Source: a virus (lineage: Duplodnaviria; Caudoviricetes). Taken from it: a DNA stretch of 27,641 bases. Where the stretch lies: positions 1 through 27,641 of the IMG/VR virus record IMGVR_UViG_3300037484_000607; one strand, 5' to 3'. This document shows, one piece after another, positions 8,410 through 17,324 of this stretch (its first letter is position 1; each line of letters begins with the position of its first letter). A model generated the notes under the pieces. The model was not told where the DNA came from and did no database searches. It saw only the letters and a list, made by a program, of their open reading frames with translations. Both the position numbers and the translations under genes were made by a program.

Positions 8410-9924
8410 CAACGCCGCTCGGTTAAGGCGGCGTGGTGGCCGTCAAGGGGTGGGTGTGTCGGTCGAGTACAGGAAAGCGGAGTTCCGGTATTGAGGTGAG
8501 TCACTCCAAGACGCCTCGAGACCAGGAACTCCGCTTTGGTCGATCAGATTGCCATAACCCGGACGGTGCGGGTAGCCGCGGGTGTGTTCGCGCCGGGCCA
8601 TCTGGGTGAGCTGACCCGGTTCATACCCTTCGAGATGGTCGACGAGGTTCTCGCCGCGACCCGCCGTACCCAGCAACGGATCCGGCTGCTCCCGGCCCGG
8701 GTGACGGTCTACCTGATCCTGGCCGGGTGCCTGTTCGCCGAACTCGGCTATCCCCTGGTCTGGCAGAAACTGACCGCCGGGCTGGACGGGCTGGACCTGG
8801 CCGAGCCGTCCTCAGGCACGCTGCGCGAAGCCCGGCAGCGGCTCGGGCCGGCACCGTTGCGGGCACTGTTCGACCTGCTCCGCGGCCCGGCCGCGACCAC
8901 CGCCAAACACGCCGTGTACTGGCGGAACCTGCTGGTGACCGTGATCGACGGGACCACGATGTCGGTCGCCGACGCTGACGCGGTCCGGGCCCGTTACCGC
9001 AAACAACGCGGTAACAACGGCGGGGCCGGCTACCCGGCACTACGACTCAGTGTCCTGCTCACCGGCGGTACCCGCTCGATCATCGACGCCGTGTTCAGCC
9101 CGACCAGCACCGGTGAACTCGACCACGCCCGCACTCTGGCCCGCAGCCTGCGGTCGGGGATGCTGCTGCTGGCCGACCGTAACTACGCCGCCGCTGACCT
9201 GATCAAGACCCTCGCCGCCACCAGGGCAGACCTGCTGATCCGCTGCAAGAACGGCCGCCGCCTACCGGTCATCGGCCGCTACCACGACGGGTCCTGGCTG
9301 TCGGTCATCGGCACCGTCCGGGTCCGCGTCATCGACGCCCAGATCAGCGTCAAAACCAGCGACGGCATCCACACCAGCGGCTACCGGCTGATCACCACCC
9401 TGCTCGACCCGCGCACCCATCCCGCCGGTGAACTGATCAAGCTGTATCACCGCCGCTGGGAAGTCGAGACCGCCTACCTGGAGATCAAGTCCAGCATCCT
9501 CGGCGGCAGGGTCCTGCGCGCCCGCACCCCCGACGGCATCGACCAGGAAGTCCACGCCTTGCTGGTCGTCTATCAAATCCTGCGCACCGCCATGACCGAC
9601 GCCACCGACAGCCTGCCCGGCGTCGACCCCGACCGGGCCAGCTTCACCACCGCTCTGAACACCGCCCGCGACCAGCTCACCAACGCCGCCGGCGTCCTCG
9701 CCGACACCGTCATCGACCTGGTCGGCGCCATCGGCCGCGCGGTCCTGGCCCATCTGCTGCCCGACCGCCGGATCCGGGTGAAAACCCGCATGATCAAACG
9801 CTCGAACTCCAAATACCAGGCCCGCGGATCCAACATAGACCGACACAGCTACAAAGCCACCATCAACATCGACATCATCACAAACCCTTGCTAACCACCC
9901 ACCCGCCCTAACCGAGCGGCGTTG
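8410..9924 (+). mobile_element. IS4-family insertion sequence, 1515 bp, apparently intact
   Basis: Terminal IRs CAACGCCGCTCGGTTA (8410-8425) and its exact reverse complement (9909-9924), 21/22 identity when extended. Flanking 10-bp direct repeat GGTCTAGTCC. Single transposase ORF. Confidence 0.95.
8536..9894 (+). CDS. IS4-family DDE transposase
   Basis: VIDGT, LLADRNY and the Y-x2-R-x3-E-x6-K (YREK) signature YHRRWEVETAYLEIK. Start codon (TTG) uncertain. Confidence 0.93.
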   Translation: MVDQIAITRTVRVAAGVFAPGHLGELTRFIPFEMVDEVLAATRRTQQRIRLLPARVTVYLILAGCLFAELGYPLVWQKLTAGLDGLDLAEPSSGTLREARQRLGPAPLRALFDLLRGPAATTAKHAVYWRNLLVTVIDGTTMSVADADAVRARYRKQRGNNGGAGYPALRLSVLLTGGTRSIIDAVFSPTSTGELDHARTLARSLRSGMLLLADRNYAAADLIKTLAATRADLLIRCKNGRRLPVIGRYHDGSWLSVIGTVRVRVIDAQISVKTSDGIHTSGYRLITTLLDPRTHPAGELIKLYHRRWEVETAYLEIKSSILGGRVLRARTPDGIDQEVHALLVVYQILRTAMTDATDSLPGVDPDRASFTTALNTARDQLTNAAGVLADTVIDLVGAIGRAVLAHLLPDRRIRVKTRMIKRSNSKYQARGSNIDRHSYKATINIDIITNPC

Positions 9925-9934
9925 GGTCTAGTCC
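9925..9934. repeat. Right target-site duplication GGTCTAGTCC
   Basis: Identical to 8400-8409. Confidence 0.9.
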
Positions 9935-9965
9935 CCGTTCGAGCATCGAGTCAGGAGATAACCCC

Positions 9966-10376
9966 ATGCAGTTCAGCGAACTGGGCGGCACGCTGCAGGA
10001 AGTGGCGTACGTGCCCGCGCAGGCCACCCTCGGCACCGTCGACAACTGGCCGGTGTGGCAGGCCCCCCTCAAGTGCAAGGTCACGTCGGTGACGTTCGTC
10101 CCGTCTGCGGCGATCACCGCCAACGCCACCCACTTCTCCACCTACACCCTGACCCGGTACACGGCCGGCGCGTCGGGGACCACCGTCGCCACCCGCTCGT
10201 GGGCGGCCACCAACTCGGTCGCCGAGACACCCGAGGCGATGACCCTGTCGGCGACGGCGGCGAACCTGCTGCTGGCGGTCGACGACACCCTGTCGGTGGT
10301 CAAGACGGTGGACGGCAACGGCCTGGTCATCCCCGACGGTGTGCTGGTCGTCCGCTACCAGCTGACCGGTAGCTGA
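9966..10376 (+). CDS. Putative virion structural or head decoration protein (beta-rich)
   Basis: AGGAG RBS. Thr/Ala/Val-rich. First gene after the capsid once the IS is removed. Confidence 0.6.
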   Translation: MQFSELGGTLQEVAYVPAQATLGTVDNWPVWQAPLKCKVTSVTFVPSAAITANATHFSTYTLTRYTAGASGTTVATRSWAATNSVAETPEAMTLSATAANLLLAVDDTLSVVKTVDGNGLVIPDGVLVVRYQLTGS

Positions 10377-10378
10377 TC

Positions 10379-10663
10379 GTGGGCCCGACCCTGCCGGTGG
10401 CGCTCACCGGCTCGGACCAGGCGGTCCGGGCCAGCAGCGCCTACTACCGGGGGTTCACCATCCGGGAGACGACGGGCGGTGCGACCGCTGTGGTGCGGAT
10501 CTACGACAACGCGTCGGCGGCGTCGGGCACGATCCTCGACGAGATCTCCCTGGTCGCCGGCGAGTCCGCCCGCGAGTTCTACCCGGGTGGTATCTGGGCC
10601 ACGAACGGCGTCTACGTCGACGTCGTCTCGGGCACGGTGACCGGAAGCGTGCGGGTCGGCTGA
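10379..10663 (+). CDS. Small putative virion protein
   Basis: IYDNASAASGT motif typical of small phage beta-sandwich proteins. TGATG overlap with the next gene. Confidence 0.6.
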   Translation: MGPTLPVALTGSDQAVRASSAYYRGFTIRETTGGATAVVRIYDNASAASGTILDEISLVAGESAREFYPGGIWATNGVYVDVVSGTVTGSVRVG

Positions 10664-11235
10664 TGGGTAGCTCAGGGGCCGGGTACGCCGGTATCGCCGC
10701 ACAAGGCCTGTGGACACCGGCGGACAACGCCCAGGTGGCGTGGACGTTCGACCCGGGGGTGATGGCCGCAGCCGGAACCCTGGCGCCCACGGCCGGGCGC
10801 CTGGAGTTCACCACGCTGAAGCTGGCCGCTCCCGCGCCGGTGACGAACATCGTCATGTACGTCACCGCCGCCGGGGTCACCCTGACGGCGGACCGGAACT
10901 TCGCGGCGCTGTTCGGCCCCACCGGCACGCTGATCGGTCAGACCGCCGATCAGGCCGCGGCCTGGGTCACCACCACCCGCAAGACGATGGCGCTGGTCGG
11001 TGGGCCGTACTCGCTGCCGGCGGGCCTTTACCGGGTGGGGTTCTGGTGGGCGGGGTCGACCGCGCCGACGTTCCTGAGGTCGTCGGCGTTCGGTTCCACA
11101 CAACTGTCCAACGTGGGGCTGACCTCTCCGGATCTCCGGATGGGGTTCGCCGACACAGGGCTGACCACCACCGCACCGGCCACGATGGGTGCTCAGACGA
11201 CTGATTCGACCGCGTGGTGGGCGGCGCTGTCGTGA
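10663..11235 (+). CDS. Putative virion structural protein (beta-sandwich)
   Basis: Coupled on both sides (TGATG, GTGA). Ala/Thr/Gly-rich with aromatic strands (GLYRVGFWW, AWWAALS). Confidence 0.6.
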   Translation: MGSSGAGYAGIAAQGLWTPADNAQVAWTFDPGVMAAAGTLAPTAGRLEFTTLKLAAPAPVTNIVMYVTAAGVTLTADRNFAALFGPTGTLIGQTADQAAAWVTTTRKTMALVGGPYSLPAGLYRVGFWWAGSTAPTFLRSSAFGSTQLSNVGLTSPDLRMGFADTGLTTTAPATMGAQTTDSTAWWAALS

Positions 11236-12221
11236 CCACGCTGACCCGCATCGCGAAGAACACCGCGGGGACGCTCAGCCACACCTTCGTCGTGGACGAG
11301 ACGCCGACCGACTCGTCCACGACGGTGACGTACGCCGTCGTGGACGCGGCCGGCGCCGCGGTCGTCTCCGGCAACGCGACCCTGGTGGACCCCGGGACTG
11401 GGACGTACAAGTTCGTCCTGGCCGCCCAGTCGGCGCTGAAGGCGCTCACGATCACCTGGACGGGCACGATCGCCGGGTCGTTGACCACGCAGACCACGTA
11501 CGCCGAGATCGTCGGCGGGCATTTCTTCACGCTGCAGGCCGGACGAGGCTCGGACGCGTCGCTGACCGACGTTGCCGACTACACCCTGCAGGAGCTGGCC
11601 GACGCCCGGCTTGAGGTGGAGGTGGAGTGCGAGCACATCTGCGACCTGGGCATGGTGCCCCGCTACGACCGGGTGGTCCTCGACGGATCCGGTACCGGGC
11701 AGCTGCTGCTGCAACTGTCGCAGCGGGACCGGTCGGTCGCCGAGGTCCGCACGGTCCGGTCGGTCAGCATGGCCGACAGCGTCGACGGCGCGTTCGTCGC
11801 GTTCACCGCCGGCGAGCTCGCGGACCTGGCGGTCTCCGACGACGGGACGCTGATCCGGACCGGCGGTGACTACTTCACCGAGGGCTACCGAAACGTGGTC
11901 GTGGAGTTCGAGTACGGCCTGGACCGGCCGCCGCCGGACCTGGTCCGGCAGGCCCTGGTGCGGTTCCGGACCGTGCTCAACACCCACAGGTCGGGGGTGC
12001 CTGACCGGACGAGCTCGTTCACCGTCGCTGACGGCGGCACGTATCGGATGGACATGCCGGGCGCGTTCAAGACCGGCATCCCCACCGTCGACGCCGCCTA
12101 TGCCCGCTATTCGCGGCGTTCCACCGGCTCCGGTCCGACCGGCCGGGCCGTGCCGGCGTCGCGGACGCTGAGCTACAGCCCGCAGGCCGGAAGCCTGTTC
12201 CATCGGTCGGTGCGACGGTGA
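11232..12221 (+). CDS. Head-to-tail adaptor with an N-terminal Ig-like extension
   Basis: GTG at 11232 overlaps the upstream TGA. Adaptor-like C-terminal part (VLDGSG...LLL, NVVVEFEYGLDRPPPDLVRQAL, TGIPTVDAAYARY). N-terminal ~95 aa are beta-rich. Confidence 0.7.
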   Translation: MTTLTRIAKNTAGTLSHTFVVDETPTDSSTTVTYAVVDAAGAAVVSGNATLVDPGTGTYKFVLAAQSALKALTITWTGTIAGSLTTQTTYAEIVGGHFFTLQAGRGSDASLTDVADYTLQELADARLEVEVECEHICDLGMVPRYDRVVLDGSGTGQLLLQLSQRDRSVAEVRTVRSVSMADSVDGAFVAFTAGELADLAVSDDGTLIRTGGDYFTEGYRNVVVEFEYGLDRPPPDLVRQALVRFRTVLNTHRSGVPDRTSSFTVADGGTYRMDMPGAFKTGIPTVDAAYARYSRRSTGSGPTGRAVPASRTLSYSPQAGSLFHRSVRR

Positions 12222-12661
12222 CCGTCGTCGCGTCGGCGAAGGCCGCCCTGGTCGGTGAATCCGGTGTGCTGGCCGTGCTGATGCCGGCCGGCGTGAAGGT
12301 CAGCTACTCGCCGCCGCGCGACATCAAACGCGACATCGTCTACGCCGGCCGCGTGGCCGGCCCGGTGGCCTTGAAGGCCATGGCCGCCGGCGCGCGGGTG
12401 AAGCGCAGCGAGAACCTGAACCTGCTGTTGCACGTGCGGGTGTGGACGCCGGGCCAGAAGACCACCGAGACAGTCGAGGCGAGGGCCGCGGCTATCAGCG
12501 ACGTCATCGCCCTGTATCTCGCGGCGAACTGGACGATCGGCGACCTCGCGAATCTGAAGTCGGCGACGGTGGACGCCGTCGACCTGGACAGCTGGACCGA
12601 TGACGACGGTGCCGGCGCCGTCCTGACCATGACCGTCGGCCTCATGTCCTACCTCGCCTAA
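12218..12661 (+). CDS. Probable tail terminator / neck protein
   Basis: 147 aa, GTGA-coupled, located between adaptor and tube genes. Function inferred from synteny. Confidence 0.5.
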   Translation: MTVVASAKAALVGESGVLAVLMPAGVKVSYSPPRDIKRDIVYAGRVAGPVALKAMAAGARVKRSENLNLLLHVRVWTPGQKTTETVEARAAAISDVIALYLAANWTIGDLANLKSATVDAVDLDSWTDDDGAGAVLTMTVGLMSYLA

Positions 12662-12670
12662 GGAGCCGTT

Positions 12671-12997
12671 GTGGCTGCAAGCATGATCAAGTTCTGTGAG
12701 AACGGCGACAAGCGGGTCGCCGTCGGCACCGGCAAGCGGCCGATCCAATACTGCCGCCCGTGCTACGTCAAGGAGTGCGGCGGCGAGTTCCAGGCCTGGA
12801 ACGTGATCATCCCGCACAAGGCGCTGGGCCTCGACCCGGAGGACATGGCCATCGCCTGCGCCAAGACGGGTGAGGACATCTCCGCCGGCACGGTGTGGCT
12901 CGACCCGGTCGAGACCAGCATCGAAGCCCTGGTCTACGGCGGCCTGATCGAGGCCATCCCGGCGGCGCCGGCGGCCAAGGCGAAGACCGGGGCCTGA
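12671..12997 (+). CDS. Hypothetical Cys-containing protein
   Basis: AAGGAG RBS before GTG, CRPC motif, Ala/Lys-rich tail. Confidence 0.65.
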   Translation: MAASMIKFCENGDKRVAVGTGKRPIQYCRPCYVKECGGEFQAWNVIIPHKALGLDPEDMAIACAKTGEDISAGTVWLDPVETSIEALVYGGLIEAIPAAPAAKAKTGA

Positions 12998-12998
12998 G

Positions 12999-13748
12999 GT
13001 GGGCACGCACGGGGCGCTCAACGTCACGACGTGGTTCTCGGGCTTCGACATGACTGGGCAGACGAACAACACCGGCCTAGCCATGAGCTACGACGCCCTG
13101 GACGCCACTGTCTACCAGCCCGCCACTGTCACCAACCCGTCCCGGGTGCGGGTGGCAGGGCTGGAGGACACCCGGCTGACCGAGGCCGGGTTCTGGGAGG
13201 CCGGTGCGGGCCTGCTCGACCCGACCGCGTTCACCGCGCTGGGAGGCGGTTCGCAGGTCGTCAGCGCCTCGAACGACGGGGCCGAATCCAGCGTCGCCTA
13301 CATGTTCCGGGCCCGGCAGTTCAACTACGAGATCTTCGGCCAGGTCGGCGAACTGATCCCGTTCAGCCTGACCGCCCAGTCCGCGCGCGGCACCGGCCTC
13401 TCCTCGGTCGCCTCGGTCCGCGGCCGGGTCCTGAAGACCAAGGCCGACGTGTCCGGCACCGGTGCCACCGGGACCGCGTTCCAGCTCGGCGCGACCAGCG
13501 CGACCCAGTACCTGTACGGGGCGCTGCACGTCTTCTCCGCCGGGACCACGATCACCGGTGTCATCGAGTCCGACTCGGACAACACGTTCGCCAGCGCGAC
13601 CACGCGGATCACCTTCTCCGGTGTCACCGCCGTCGGTGGCACCTGGGGTACCCGGGTGGCCGGGGCGATCACCGATGACTGGTACCGGCTGAGGATCACG
13701 GCGTGCACCGGCACGTTCTCCATCGCCTGCACAGCGGGCATCAGGTAA
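12999..13748 (+). CDS. Tail-tube-like protein with a C-terminal extra beta domain
   Basis: N-terminal half aligns by eye with the next gene (LAMSYDALDATVY...RVRVAGLEDTRL versus LPMEFEALEDTAF...RSRIAGIGDSTL). Confidence 0.6.
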   Translation: MGTHGALNVTTWFSGFDMTGQTNNTGLAMSYDALDATVYQPATVTNPSRVRVAGLEDTRLTEAGFWEAGAGLLDPTAFTALGGGSQVVSASNDGAESSVAYMFRARQFNYEIFGQVGELIPFSLTAQSARGTGLSSVASVRGRVLKTKADVSGTGATGTAFQLGATSATQYLYGALHVFSAGTTITGVIESDSDNTFASATTRITFSGVTAVGGTWGTRVAGAITDDWYRLRITACTGTFSIACTAGIR

Positions 13749-13758
13749 GGAGCACCCC

Positions 13759-14178
13759 TTGTCCGCTTACGCAGCACTCGATCACCGGGTCGAGATCAAC
13801 AGTGTGGTGGTGTCCGCGTTCTGCACCGGCGTGACCCTGCCGATGGAGTTCGAGGCCCTCGAAGACACCGCCTTCGGTGACGTCGCCCGGTCCCGGATCG
13901 CCGGTATCGGTGACAGCACCCTGTCCGCCCAGTTCAACCAGGACTTCGCAGCCTCGGCAACCGACGTCACCCTCTACACCGCGCACGCCACCCGCGCGCC
14001 GGTGGTGGTGAAGGTCCGGCCGACGACCGCGTCGATCTCGGCGACCAACCCGGAGTACGTCGGCTCCTACCTGCCGAACCAGCACAACCCGTTCGGCAAC
14101 TCGGTCGGCGAGCTGGCCACCACGCAGATCTCCTGGCCGCTGTCCGACGCCGACGGCATCGCCCGCAACACGGCCTGA
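13759..14178 (+). CDS. Major tail (tube) protein
   Basis: AAGGAG RBS plus TTG. 139 aa with siphoviral tube-like motifs (TAFGD..RSRIAG, SATNPEYVG, NSVGELAT). Confidence 0.75.
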   Translation: MSAYAALDHRVEINSVVVSAFCTGVTLPMEFEALEDTAFGDVARSRIAGIGDSTLSAQFNQDFAASATDVTLYTAHATRAPVVVKVRPTTASISATNPEYVGSYLPNQHNPFGNSVGELATTQISWPLSDADGIARNTA

Positions 14179-14276
14179 TGACTCAGGAAATGGGCCCGAA
14201 CGTCGAACGCCCGCCGCGCCCGATCGTCGCGCCGCCGACTCCCGCGCCCGTCCCTCAGCCGCCACGGCGACGCTGA
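14178..14276 (+). CDS. 32-aa proline-rich micro-ORF (MTQEMGPNVERPPRPIVAPPTPAPVPQPPRRR)
   Basis: Not in the ORF track. Fills the gap exactly, with TGATG overlaps at both ends. Confidence 0.55.
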   Translation: MTQEMGPNVERPPRPIVAPPTPAPVPQPPRRR

Positions 14277-14770
14277 TGGAGTTCCACATCGACGGCCGGG
14301 CCCGGCTCCACGAGGTCGCCAAAGCCATTCGCGCGACCGGCGACAAAGGCCTCGGCCGGGAGATGGGCAAGGCCCTCGCCGCGACCACCACCCCGCTGCG
14401 GGAGGCGATCGACGCCGAAGCCGCCCGGGTCATGCCGGTCGGTGGCGGCTACCAGGCGGTCCTGTCCAGGTCGCTGCGGCACAAAACCTCCCAGCGCACC
14501 GGCTCCCGCTCGGCGACGATCCGGCTCATCACCTACGCAGACGGCACCGGTGAGCGCCGCGACGTCGAGGCCCTGGAGAAGGGCGTGCTGCGGCACCCCG
14601 TCTTCGGCCGGTCCCGGAACACCCGCGCCGGCCGGGTGCCGAACCCGTGGGCGATCACGAAGATCCGGTCCGGGTTCCACCAGCGCGGCACCGCCAACGC
14701 CGGCGACGAGGCCCAGAAGCGGCTGCTGGTCGTGCTGGACGACTTCGCCGCCCGACTCACGAAAGGCTGA
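14276..14770 (+). CDS. Basic tail completion protein (HK97-gp10-like)
   Basis: Arg-rich 164 aa with an LEKG.LRHPVFG motif. Located in the tail module. Confidence 0.55.
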   Translation: MEFHIDGRARLHEVAKAIRATGDKGLGREMGKALAATTTPLREAIDAEAARVMPVGGGYQAVLSRSLRHKTSQRTGSRSATIRLITYADGTGERRDVEALEKGVLRHPVFGRSRNTRAGRVPNPWAITKIRSGFHQRGTANAGDEAQKRLLVVLDDFAARLTKG

Positions 14771-14773
14771 CCC

Positions 14774-15169
14774 GTGCCTCTGCAACTCCGCGTCCCGATG
14801 CGGTTCCGGTTCAAGGAGGCTGACGATGTCGCCACCTACGGTGACCGGTGGTGGCTGTGGGACGAGGCCGCCGTCCTCGGCCTGAAGGGCCGCGAACTCA
14901 TCGCGATCGAGGAGACCGTCGGCCCGGTCCTGGCGCTGCTGCGCGGCCTGCGACAGGACGACCCGTCCACGCTGGTGACGATGGCCGTGATGTGGATCGC
15001 CATGACCCGCGCCGGCCGCGAGGTGGCCTGGGACGACTTCAACCCCGTCGTGTTCACCGCCGAATGGGAGCAGGCACCCGCGGGCCCTTTGGACGGTGGC
15101 GAGGCTCCGGCACCGGACTCCAACTCCTCGACAGCCCCGCCGGAGAACGCGGAGTCGCTTACATCCTGA
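14774..15169 (+). CDS. Tail assembly chaperone (gpG-like)
   Basis: Directly upstream of the tape measure gene. Contains the slippery heptamer C CCT TTG. Confidence 0.75.
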   Translation: MPLQLRVPMRFRFKEADDVATYGDRWWLWDEAAVLGLKGRELIAIEETVGPVLALLRGLRQDDPSTLVTMAVMWIAMTRAGREVAWDDFNPVVFTAEWEQAPAGPLDGGEAPAPDSNSSTAPPENAESLTS

Positions 15170-15294
15170 GCGGCCTGGAACCGTTCTTCACCTTCCTGCG
15201 CGTCGGCCTCCCGCCGCACGAGCTGCACGAGCTGACCCTGGACCAGGTCGCTGACCACCTCGACCACTACAACCGGCACGAGAAGAGGGGCTGA
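15085..15294 (+). other. -1 programmed frameshift site (CCCTTTG, 15085-15091) and gpGT-like extension
   Basis: X XXY YYZ heptamer in the correct phase. The -1 frame stays open to TGA 15292-15294, which overlaps the TMP ATG. Confidence 0.75.
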
Positions 15295-17324
15295 TGGCTG
15301 CCGAAAAGCGCGAACTGCTCCTTGACCTGCTCGCCCGGGACAAGACCAAGCAGGCCACCGACTCCGCGGCCCGCAACCTCGACAACGTCGGCGACTCAGC
15401 CGACGACGCCACCAAGTCGACAGAGAAGCTCACCAAGGCCACCGTCGTTGCAGGTGAGGAACTCGACGACCTCGGCAAGGCGGCCAGGGACAACGCTGAC
15501 CGCGTCGGCAAGCTGGACCGTGAGATCGGCCTGGTCGAGAATGAGCTCGGCGACCTCGCTCGGGCATTCGCCGACACCAACGTCGCAGCCGAGCGACTCG
15601 ACATATCCAAGGCAGTTCGGCGGATGGAGAACGACCTCCGCCGGCTGAACAAGAACAAGGGCGTCCTTGAGGGGCTCCTGCCGAAAGAGTCCGACATCGA
15701 CGGCCCCGCCAAGGTCGTCGGTCGGTCGCTGATGAAGTCGATCGGCGCCGGCATCACCTCGGCCGGCGAGTCGGTGGCGACGAAGGCCGGCGCCTCGGTA
15801 GGCCCGGTCGTCGGCGGCGCCATCGCCGCGGCTGCGGCCCCGGTGCTGGTGTCATCTCTGGCGTCGGTGCTGGCTGCCGGTGCAGGCGCCGGCGTGATCG
15901 GCGCTGGCATCGCCGTGGCGGTTGCCCGAGACGACAAGATTCAAGCTGCCGGAGCGAACGCCGGGCAGCGGTTCATGAGGGGTCTGGGCAAGGCTGCCAC
16001 GGAGAACTTCCGCGGCCCGATCCTGCAATCCATCGGTATCCTCTCGGACGCCGGGGATCGGCTGAGCGACTCACTCGGGGAGACCTTCAGGGAGCTTGGC
16101 GACGACGTCGTGCCATTCACCCGCAAAGTCGTCGGGGCGGGCGAGGCGGTCACTGGTTCGCTACTGCATGCGGCCCAGAAGAGCGGTCCGGCCCTCGACG
16201 GGCTCGGCGACGCGATCACCCTCGTCGGCGACGGGGTCGGCGACTTCATCGCCATCCTCGCAGACGGCGGCCCGGAGGCGGCCGACAACCTCCGGCTCAT
16301 TGCGGGCGCCACCGCAGACCTGTTCCGCATGACCGCCGTCAGCCTCGACCAGCTGAACAAATTGTCCAATAACCCGTGGATCTCCGGGGCGTTGCTGCCG
16401 ATGCTGCGCAAGCATTACGCCGACGCGGCCAAGGAGAGCGATAATCTCAAGGGCTCCACGCAGGCTCTGATCCCGCCGCTGAACGAGGCAGAGAAGGCCG
16501 CCCGGGGGCAGACCGTTGCGCTGGCCGGCCTGTCCAAGGAGATGCGCTCCCAGTCCGATCCGGCGTTCGCTCTGCGTGAGGCGCAGATCAAGCTGGCGGC
16601 AGCGCAGAAGGCCAGCAACGATGCGGTCGCCAAACACGGCCCGAAGAGCCGCGAGGCACGTGAGGCGACCCGGAACTTGGCGACCGCGGCGATCGACCTG
16701 CAGGGCCGGGTCGGCGCGCTGGGCAAGGATTTTGACGGCAAGCTCACGCCGGCGATGCGGTCTACTCTCATCGCGGCCGGGCTGACTGAGCGGCAGATCA
16801 ACGACGTCGAGCGCGAGTTCGGGGCAGCCAAGAGGGCCGGCGACAAGTACGCCAAGACGTACGCGGCCACGACGAAGGTATACGGGGCGGCTGCGGCCCG
16901 GAAGTCGCTGTTCTCGGTGAAGGAGGTCGCGGACGGCATTCCCCGCACGGTCTCCATCGCCATGCGGATCACCGGTGTCACCAACGTCAGCAAGGCCGCG
17001 GCGTCGATCCGGAAGCAGTACTCCACGGGCGGCAAGGTCGACGGCCCCGGCACCGGCACGTCCGACTCGATCCCGGCGATGCTCTCCAAGGGTGAGTACG
17101 TCGTCCGTGCCGCCCAGGTCCAGAAGCCGGGCGTGCAGGCGATGCTCGACGCGCTGAACTCTGGCACGGCGTACGGCATGCGTACCGGCAGTAGCCCGCC
17201 CGGCATGGGCCGCGGCGGAACCGGCGGCGGGGTGCAGACGGTCCGGCTGGCGCTCGACCTCACCGGCGCCGAGGGCCAGATGCTGGCCATGGTCCGATCC
17301 TGGTTCGCTGACGGGCTGCTGTGA
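15294..17324 (+). CDS. Tape measure protein (676 aa)
   Basis: Ala/Gly-rich helical protein after the chaperone. N-terminal LLARDKT, hydrophobic stretch, C-terminal YSTGG.V.GPGTGTSDSIPAMLSKGEYVV motif. Confidence 0.9.
   Translation: MAAEKRELLLDLLARDKTKQATDSAARNLDNVGDSADDATKSTEKLTKATVVAGEELDDLGKAARDNADRVGKLDREIGLVENELGDLARAFADTNVAAERLDISKAVRRMENDLRRLNKNKGVLEGLLPKESDIDGPAKVVGRSLMKSIGAGITSAGESVATKAGASVGPVVGGAIAAAAAPVLVSSLASVLAAGAGAGVIGAGIAVAVARDDKIQAAGANAGQRFMRGLGKAATENFRGPILQSIGILSDAGDRLSDSLGETFRELGDDVVPFTRKVVGAGEAVTGSLLHAAQKSGPALDGLGDAITLVGDGVGDFIAILADGGPEAADNLRLIAGATADLFRMTAVSLDQLNKLSNNPWISGALLPMLRKHYADAAKESDNLKGSTQALIPPLNEAEKAARGQTVALAGLSKEMRSQSDPAFALREAQIKLAAAQKASNDAVAKHGPKSREAREATRNLATAAIDLQGRVGALGKDFDGKLTPAMRSTLIAAGLTERQINDVEREFGAAKRAGDKYAKTYAATTKVYGAAAARKSLFSVKEVADGIPRTVSIAMRITGVTNVSKAAASIRKQYSTGGKVDGPGTGTSDSIPAMLSKGEYVVRAAQVQKPGVQAMLDALNSGTAYGMRTGSSPPGMGRGGTGGGVQTVRLALDLTGAEGQMLAMVRSWFADGLL

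Noticed and set aside
588-8412. Long minus-strand ORFs (588-2504, 2649-4448, 4806-6443, 6931-8412) and similar ones elsewhere, such as 22208-23809 on +
   Set aside because: Antisense shadows of high-GC3 genes: Arg/Gly/Ala-rich, no motifs, fully overlapping well-supported genes.
15600-16900. Apparently more A/T-ending codons in the middle of the tape measure gene, suggesting a mosaic segment
   Set aside because: An impression only. A sliding-window GC3 or codon-usage calculation is needed before claiming it.
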